Assembly (NCBI GenBank): GCA_964565125.1
Contig: CAZMCX010000045.1
Location: 1-6,251 of the forward strand
Origin: an uncultured archaeon
Lineage (GTDB): Archaea > Iainarchaeota > Iainarchaeia > Iainarchaeales > 0-14-0-20-30-16
Direction of reading: 5' to 3'
Length of the DNA: 6,251 nt
Below the pieces are notes generated by a model that searched no databases, was not told the origin of the DNA, and was given only the letters and a program-made list of their open reading frames with translations. Numbering within the stretch: the first letter of the stretch is position 1; every line of letters starts with the position of its first letter. Positions 1 to 4,981 of the stretch are shown here, one piece after another. The position numbers were made by a program, and so were the translations under genes.

Positions 1-1311
1 GCACTATTAATCTTTTTTCTGTTTTTGTTTATATCTTTCTCGTTTTCTCTAGATATTGCGGGAGTAAAACAGAAAGTTTACGATTCTTATTTTCTAAAAA
101 CTGCTGGTTTTGAAGGCTATGATGATGAGATTGTTCTTGGAGATAATTCTTTTGTGAGGCTTAATGAGTCTGGTTATTGGGTTGTATCAGTAATTTCTTT
201 GGATAGTAGCTATGCGGACTATGTTGTTATTGATGACAAAAAACCAGACACTTTAATTACTGATAATTATTATGAAAATGTGATAAAATCAAAGATTTTT
301 GTTGATTATCTGGGTGGAAAAGAGTTATATTATTCCTCAACTCTTACAAATTATTTTTTGAATTTGTCTACTGAACTTGAGACAATGAACTATAATTTGG
401 ATATGTTTTCAAATAGCCTCACAGGTGAAAATCTTGGCCTTAGTTCTGTCTTAAAAAATATATCTGACGCAAAAGTAAAAATATCAACTATAAAACAAAG
501 CGTAACTAATGCAAAAGAAAGTTCCCAAAATCTTGAAAATAATTTAATTGATCTGAAAAAAGAAATTCCTGGAAATATTAATGGAGAAATGAACACAAAT
601 GCCTCTAATTTATCAAACTTTGCTGCAGAAATTGTTTCAGGATATGCATCATTAGATTCTGAGTTGAAATCTCTAAAAAATTCTGTTGTTGACTTGAACA
701 CAGATGTTTCAAAGAAACAAATACTACTGGGGCTTTTAGCGGTTTCTCCACAATTGCAAACAATAAGTTCAAAGAAAGAGGTAATTGATTCATCATATTC
801 TAATGTACAAAAAGCATATAACTCTTCAATAAGTAAGAACTTGATTGAAAATTTAACTTATAACTGGGGTCAAAGAAAAATAAGGGCCTTGATTTTCCAA
901 GCCTACTTCTTAGAAAATAAAGAAATAAAAAATAAAACAAAGAAAAGCACGCTGGATTCTTTGGTTTCTGAAATAATATCAACAAAATCTTTGTGGAATA
1001 ATCCGGAAGCAATGAATTTAGAGAATAAAAAACAGGGTTTTTATGCAAAAATCAAGGCTGGAAAATATTCTGACGCAAAAGATCTATTAGATGTTCTACA
1101 AGAGAAAGCCTTGGCAATATATTCTGCGGGAAAGAAAGAAATAATTGTGGATGATGGCGCAGAATCCACTGGCCAAAATTGGTATTATGTACTTTATGCT
1201 CTGATTGGGATATTTGTTCTAATTATTGGATACAGAATTTTCAAAAAATATGCTACAGAAGATGACTCTGAAAAAGAAGAAGATAGCAAGGAAGAAGAAT
1301 ATAAGATTTAA
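1..1311 (+). CDS. Hypothetical membrane-anchored surface protein, 5'-partial (signal-peptide-like N-terminus, coiled-coil-like middle, C-terminal TM helix plus acidic tail)
   Basis: Frame 1 is open from base 1: ALLIFFLF precedes the TTG at 25 used by the ORF track. The hydrophobic N-terminus therefore probably continues upstream of the window. Stop is TAA at 1309-1311. The protein is Asn/Ser/Lys-rich with long helical heptad-like stretches (LSTELETMNYNLDMF, NLENNLIDLKKEI, SELKSLKNSVVDL). It has eight N-x-S/T sequons and one clear TM helix, WYYVLYALIGIFVLIIGYRIF (1180-1242), followed by the tail KKYATEDDSEKEEDSKEEEYKI. No family recognised. Confidence 0.8.
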   Translation, partial: ALLIFFLFLFISFSFSLDIAGVKQKVYDSYFLKTAGFEGYDDEIVLGDNSFVRLNESGYWVVSVISLDSSYADYVVIDDKKPDTLITDNYYENVIKSKIFVDYLGGKELYYSSTLTNYFLNLSTELETMNYNLDMFSNSLTGENLGLSSVLKNISDAKVKISTIKQSVTNAKESSQNLENNLIDLKKEIPGNINGEMNTNASNLSNFAAEIVSGYASLDSELKSLKNSVVDLNTDVSKKQILLGLLAVSPQLQTISSKKEVIDSSYSNVQKAYNSSISKNLIENLTYNWGQRKIRALIFQAYFLENKEIKNKTKKSTLDSLVSEIISTKSLWNNPEAMNLENKKQGFYAKIKAGKYSDAKDLLDVLQEKALAIYSAGKKEIIVDDGAESTGQNWYYVLYALIGIFVLIIGYRIFKKYATEDDSEKEEDSKEEEYKI

Positions 1312-1315
1312 CTAA

Positions 1316-1792
1316 TTATTGTACATTTGAATACTCTTCTTGCATTTCTGTGAGTACTTTATTTGTGTCTTCATTGGTTTCTAATCTCTTTGCTGCTTTT
1401 TCCAAAACCGCAAGAAATTTTTGTCTTTTTGTGAGTGCGGTCAGACATTTTGCATTTAAATATGCTTTTTCAGCAGGGGAAATTGGGTTCTGAGCTATAA
1501 TTTCATGTTCAAGTAGCCAATATCTTATGCTACTTTCTAAGAATTGTTTTCTGACTGCTAACCACCCGAGTGCGTGCTCTTTTGAAACTGGCAACCCTGA
1601 TTTTATTCTTGTTTTTATTACTGTGGTAATTGCTTCTGCTCGTTCATGTAATCCTTTTGTTTCATAAATTGTTCTTTCAGATTGTGCTGTCAAAGACATT
1701 AGTCTCATATGTGGTGTTTCAGTTAATTTTCTGTGTATTTGTTTTGACGGCCTTTTTTCTTCTCTTGGCTTTTTTGGCGGTTCCCGTTTCAT
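1316..1792 (-). CDS. Hypothetical protein, 158 aa, basic disordered N-terminus plus predicted all-helical body
   Basis: Long ORF co-directional with iscU, starting 28 nt downstream of it. The ORF-track start at 1810 is a TTG that adds MLFVYI. The first ATG is at 1790-1792 (MKREPPKKPREEKRPSKQIHRK...). Stop is TAA at 1316-1318. Composition is normal for a coding region, unlike the F/L/S-rich shadow ORFs. No motif or family recognised. Confidence 0.72.
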   Translation of the reverse strand: MKREPPKKPREEKRPSKQIHRKLTETPHMRLMSLTAQSERTIYETKGLHERAEAITTVIKTRIKSGLPVSKEHALGWLAVRKQFLESSIRYWLLEHEIIAQNPISPAEKAYLNAKCLTALTKRQKFLAVLEKAAKRLETNEDTNKVLTEMQEEYSNVQ

Positions 1793-1820
1793 AATATAAA
1801 CAAAGAGCAAGTTGTATTTA

Positions 1821-2465
1821 TTACTTATTTAAATCTTTCAATAACTTCTTTAAATTTATTCCATATGCCTTTGTAATGAAGCCCAAGGTTAAAGAGTCTT
1901 GTTCATAGCCAACATGTGGGCAAGAAATACATGGAACTCCGTGTTTTGAGAGTATTTTCTGTGTTTTTGTGTCTTGTGGAAGTTTTGCAAGAGTTGTTTT
2001 TTCTGTAATGAGTATAGATGACAAACGCTTCCCGGTATTTTCTTTGCTTTGTTGTGATTTGTCCTTTGTATTATCTTTTGTTTTACTATTTTTTGTCTCT
2101 TTTGCTTTCTTTAAGTACTCTTTTATTGCTTTTTGTAATGCTTCTACTGCCATTACACTGCAATGGTATTTTATTGGCGGTAAGCCATCAAGCTTTTTTA
2201 GAACATCTTTAAATTTTATTTTCTGTGCATCTTTAAGATCTTTGCCTTTTGCCAGTTCACAAAGCATGTCTGATGCTGCAATTGCTGAAACACAACCGTA
2301 AGTCATGAATTTAACATCTTTTATTTTGTCTTTTTCAACCTTTAAAGAAACTTTAATTACATCACCACAGCGAATATTTCCAACTTCCGCAGTAATATCT
2401 GGATTTTTTATTTCTCCTGCGTGCTTTGGATTCTTAAATCTCTTCAAAACTTCTTTTGAGTACAT
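1821..2465 (-). CDS. iscU: U-type Fe-S cluster assembly scaffold (IscU/NifU N-terminal domain) fused to a C-terminal CxxC DUF1858-like domain
   Basis: The N-terminal ~120 aa carry the IscU cluster-ligand motifs GNIRCGD, YGCVSAIA and LPPIKYHCS. MYSKEVLKRFKNPKHAG matches the usual IscU N-terminus, so I prefer the ATG at 2463-2465; ATG 2469-2471 and TTG 2472-2474 are alternatives. A Lys-rich linker (2016-2111) follows, then a ~64-aa CxxC domain. Stop is TAA at 1821-1823. Confidence 0.88.
   Translation of the reverse strand: MYSKEVLKRFKNPKHAGEIKNPDITAEVGNIRCGDVIKVSLKVEKDKIKDVKFMTYGCVSAIAASDMLCELAKGKDLKDAQKIKFKDVLKKLDGLPPIKYHCSVMAVEALQKAIKEYLKKAKETKNSKTKDNTKDKSQQSKENTGKRLSSILITEKTTLAKLPQDTKTQKILSKHGVPCISCPHVGYEQDSLTLGFITKAYGINLKKLLKDLNK
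1824..2015 (-). other. C-terminal DUF1858-like / hybrid-cluster-protein-associated redox-disulfide-like domain within the IscU fusion
   Basis: ILITEKTTLAKLPQDTKTQKILSKHGVPCISCPHVGYEQDSLTLGFITKAYGINLKKLLKDLNK matches the pattern I recall for this small domain: a helical start, then G-x-x-C-x-x-C-P, then TLEEA-like and G-I-D/N-xxx-LL-xx-LN. The CxxC pair is at 1920-1931. Confidence 0.6.
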
Positions 2466-2585
2466 AATCATCAACCTTATTATAGAATGTCAAAGACCAT
2501 CCTGCTTTTTCTTTGTATTGATTTATTTTGTCAATTCTTTTGCTTATTTTTGTCTCTTTTTTGCCTAACTGATGCAGTCCTTGCC

Positions 2586-3755
2586 CTATTTATGTTTGTA
2601 AATGGGGGATATCTTTCTTAATTTTTGGACAATTTCTTCTGTTGTTTTTATTGTGTAATCCATTTCGTCATCAGTATTATACTTGCTTACACTCATTCTT
2701 AGAGAACTATTTGCATCTTCGTAATCTAAACCTATTGCTCTTAAAACCGGGCTTGGTTCTAAAGATTTTGAAGAACATGCACTTCCAGTTGAAGTACAGA
2801 TACTTTTTTGGTCTAGGTATCCGCCCAAAGCTTCGCCCTCAATTCCTTTGAATGAAAAATTAACATTATTATATAGCCTTTTTTCTCCTCTTGGGCCATT
2901 TAATTTGGAATCAACAATCTTTTCTAATCCTTTAGTCAAATCATCCCTTAATTTTGTTACCTGTTTTGATATCTTGTTTGAATTATTTATTTCTGCTGCT
3001 TTTGCAAATCCAACAATTCCGGGAATATTTTCTGTTGCTGCTCTTTTCTTGAATTCTTGTTGCCCGCCATGTATTAGTGGAGTTAATTTTATCTCTTTTG
3101 AAACATACAAAGCCCCAACACCTTTTGGGCCGTGAATTTTATGTGCATTTATGCTTGCTAATGAAATATTCATTTTCTTTACATCTATTGGTGACTTTGT
3201 AAAGCTTTGGCAGGCATCTATGTGGAATGGAACATTGTATTTTTTACAACTTTTTCCGATTTTTTCCAGATCTTGTAGAGTTCCAATTTCATTATTCCCG
3301 TGTATTATTGAAACTAATAATGTGTCCTTGTTTTTTTCTAAAGATTTTTCTAATTGCTCTAAGTTAATAAATCCGTCTTTGTCAACATCTAAGTATGTTG
3401 ATCTATATCCTCTTGTTGCTAGCCAATCTAATTGATTTGTTATTGATTTATGTTCTATTTTTGTAGTTATTATATGCTTTTTACTTGGATCTGAAAAAGC
3501 CAGGCCCTTTATTGCCATATTATTTGCTTCGCTTCCTGATGCCGTGAAAATAATATCTTCAAAATCAGAATGTAAAATCTTTGAAATTGTTTCTCTGGAT
3601 TCGTCCATTGCTTCTTTTGCGTCATATCCATATGAATGTAAAGAAGATGCATTTCCATAATGTTTTGTGTAGTATGGAATCATTTCTTCTAGGACTTTGT
3701 CGTCAATTCTTGTAGTTGCAGCATTATCCAGATATATTGTACTAAATCTCATCAT
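2586..3755 (-). CDS. iscS: Cysteine desulfurase, class I (IscS/NifS type), PLP-dependent
   Basis: Motifs seen: IYLDNAATT N-terminus, HGNNEIG, HIDACQS, the PLP-lysine motif SINAHKIHGPKG (Lys codon 3138-3140) and the active-site loop STGSACSS (Cys codon 2775-2777). Numbering from the ATG at 3753-3755 gives Lys206 and Cys327, essentially the E. coli IscS positions (Lys206/Cys328). That supports this start over the ORF-track start at 3836, which would overlap the DRG gene by 62 nt. An SD-like GTGGT lies just upstream of the ATG. Stop is TAG at 2586-2588. Confidence 0.93.
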   Translation of the reverse strand: MMRFSTIYLDNAATTRIDDKVLEEMIPYYTKHYGNASSLHSYGYDAKEAMDESRETISKILHSDFEDIIFTASGSEANNMAIKGLAFSDPSKKHIITTKIEHKSITNQLDWLATRGYRSTYLDVDKDGFINLEQLEKSLEKNKDTLLVSIIHGNNEIGTLQDLEKIGKSCKKYNVPFHIDACQSFTKSPIDVKKMNISLASINAHKIHGPKGVGALYVSKEIKLTPLIHGGQQEFKKRAATENIPGIVGFAKAAEINNSNKISKQVTKLRDDLTKGLEKIVDSKLNGPRGEKRLYNNVNFSFKGIEGEALGGYLDQKSICTSTGSACSSKSLEPSPVLRAIGLDYEDANSSLRMSVSKYNTDDEMDYTIKTTEEIVQKLRKISPIYKHK

Positions 3756-3774
3756 TAACCACTTTGAAAAGTAA

Positions 3775-4929
3775 TTATTTCTTACTATATATTTCAATAA
3801 TATCATTATTATTAAGAATATATTCCTTTGATGCAATTTGGCCCGGGAATTTTACTTTACTGCCCCAAATCTTTGCGTATTTAAAATTTTTTGCAATGTC
3901 TTTGTGTAATCTGTGACAAACATCTCTAATAACTGAATCCCGGTCAATTATTAAAAGTTGTTTTGTGTTTTCCCCCGGTTTTCTTGTGTAAACAATTATT
4001 TTTCCTGTGTCTTCTATAATTATTTTTTTAATTTTTTCTATTTGTTCTTTTTCAAGCAAATAAAAATCGTTTACCAAAATTGCTTTTATGTGCTGATAAT
4101 TTTTTATTTCAAAATGTTTTATGTCTTCGCCTCTTACAAATAGAATTGTTGGAATATATCTTGTATTCAAAATTTCAATTAGTGTTTGTGTATTAATGTT
4201 TTCTAGAATTTTTATATGTAAATTATTGTAGTGCCGTTTGAGGTAGTTTAGCGTGGCAGTTTTGTCTTCTTCGTCGCCGGAGATCTTTTCTAGGCCTTCA
4301 GATGAAACTTTTTTGTTGGTTCTTGTTAGTAAAACTCTTTTCTCGCTTCCTGTAGGAAGTATTTTTCCTTTTTTTAATTCTTCGTAAATAAAATTAAACT
4401 CTTTTTCAAAATCTTCTGTTTTTGAAATCTTCATTGTGATTAGAAGTAAATCTGCATTTCTAATAATCCCTAATTTTTCTCTGCCTCGTGCTTTTCCGTC
4501 TGCAGTTCCAGGGATTATTGCAGGTAGTTCAACTAATTGAATATTTTCATCTTCGTATTTTATCATCCCAATTTCTGGCTCATCTGTTGTAAATTCATAA
4601 TGTGCAATAGTGGGTGTTGCATTTGTAAGTTTTGAAAGTAAGGTGCTTTTTCCAGAATTTGTTTTTCCAACAATAACTACTTGTGCAGCACCATCTTTTT
4701 TAATATTATAAGCAGTTGTAGTTGTTTTTTTCGAGCTTTTAAGTGTTTTTATCTTTTCTTTCATTCTTTTTATTTTTCCAGCAATTTCTGCTCTTAATTT
4801 CTCAGCACCTTTGTGAGTTGGCCAGGTGGATCGCATTGCTTCCAGTGCTTTTAGTTTCTCATCATCTGTTTGTGCATTGTCATACTGTGCTTGTGCAGCT
4901 ATGAACTCCGGGTGTACATTCGTCGGCAT
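3775..4929 (-). CDS. DRG/Rbg-family (Obg-like) GTP-binding protein with C-terminal TGS domain
   Basis: Colinear by eye with eukaryotic DRG1. Shared elements: N-terminal helical segment THKGAEKLRAEIAGKIKRMKEKI, P-loop GKTNSGKST (4642-4668), YEFTT, GKARGRE, YIPTI, and a TGS tail IVYTRKPGE...FKYAKIWGSKVKFPGQ...DIIEI. The ORF-track start at 4947 is a TTG. The ATG at 4927-4929 sits about 27 nt from a TATA-like box and gives MPTNVHPEF. Stop is TAA at 3775-3777. Confidence 0.9.
   Translation of the reverse strand: MPTNVHPEFIAAQAQYDNAQTDDEKLKALEAMRSTWPTHKGAEKLRAEIAGKIKRMKEKIKTLKSSKKTTTTAYNIKKDGAAQVVIVGKTNSGKSTLLSKLTNATPTIAHYEFTTDEPEIGMIKYEDENIQLVELPAIIPGTADGKARGREKLGIIRNADLLLITMKISKTEDFEKEFNFIYEELKKGKILPTGSEKRVLLTRTNKKVSSEGLEKISGDEEDKTATLNYLKRHYNNLHIKILENINTQTLIEILNTRYIPTILFVRGEDIKHFEIKNYQHIKAILVNDFYLLEKEQIEKIKKIIIEDTGKIIVYTRKPGENTKQLLIIDRDSVIRDVCHRLHKDIAKNFKYAKIWGSKVKFPGQIASKEYILNNNDIIEIYSKK
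3778..4002 (-). other. TGS domain of the DRG-family GTPase
   Basis: KIIVYTRKPGENTKQLLIIDRDSVIRDVCHRLHKDIAKNFKYAKIWGSKVKFPGQIASKEYILNNNDIIEIYSKK aligns nearly residue-for-residue with the DRG1 C-terminus (RIYTKPKG...[23 protein letters not shown]...VGKDHTLEDEDVIQIVKK). Confidence 0.8.
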
Positions 4930-4952
4930 AATGTATTTAGAAGCCAAAAAGG

Positions 4953-4962
4953 TTTAAAAATA
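4953..4962. promoter_or_regulatory. TATA-like box (TTTAAAAATA) in the 52-bp divergent intergenic region, possibly serving both flanking genes
   Basis: The element is centred about 25 nt upstream of the + strand ATG (4982) and about 27 nt upstream of the minus-strand ATG (4929). It is flanked by purine-rich, BRE-like sequence on each coding strand: AAAAAGG on +, GAAGGA on -. The spacing fits archaeal leaderless transcripts. Confidence 0.45.
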
Positions 4963-4981
4963 AGTCCTTCTTTTTTATATT

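Noticed and set aside
390-1048. Three minus-strand ORFs (390-701, 605-796, 800-1048) inside the surface-protein gene
   Set aside because: They are entirely antisense to a much longer ORF. Their F/L/S-rich low-complexity translations are typical of shadow frames opposite K/E/N-rich AT-rich genes. They have no motifs and no upstream promoter-like context.
464-1081. Exact 13-nt direct repeat TCTGACGCAAAAG at 464-476 and 1069-1081, both encoding S-D-A-K in frame
   Set aside because: A single 13-mer match within a 6-kb window is not far from chance expectation. The flanking sequence shows no extended similarity, so there is no evidence of an internal duplication or a functional repeat.
2480-2500. 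6-codon mini-ORF (MVFDIL) in the iscS-iscU spacer as a real peptide or uORF
   Set aside because: It is too short to support from sequence alone. It is noted only as a coincidence with the predicted internal TSS.
1969-2568. Plus-strand ORFs 1969-2301, 2018-2212 and 2305-2568 opposite iscU
   Set aside because: These are shadow ORFs antisense to a gene with unambiguous IscU motifs. Their translations are F/L/S/C-rich strings with no recognisable features.
2642-3435. Plus-strand ORFs 2642-2851, 2848-3135 and 3151-3435 opposite iscS
   Set aside because: They are antisense to a gene with clear PLP-lysine and active-site-cysteine motifs, and their composition is shadow-frame-like.
3756-3836. 27-codon N-terminal extension of the iscS ORF (MHQRNIFLIIMILLKYIVRNNYFSKWL)
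   Set aside because: It would overlap the DRG coding sequence by 62 nt. Cysteine desulfurases begin just before the IYLDNAATT motif. The ATG at 3755 restores IscS-like numbering of the catalytic Lys and Cys.
3958-4143. Plus-strand ORF 3958-4143 opposite the DRG gene, and minus-strand ORF 5192-5398 opposite the kinase-like gene
   Set aside because: Both are short antisense shadow ORFs inside longer, better-supported genes. The translations are low-complexity.
4930-4947. TTG starts used by the ORF track for DRG (4947), the hypothetical gene (1810) and iscU (2474)
   Set aside because: In each case an ATG lies 1-6 codons downstream and gives an N-terminus that matches homologues or promoter spacing better. 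The TTG alternatives cannot be fully excluded without N-terminal or TSS data.
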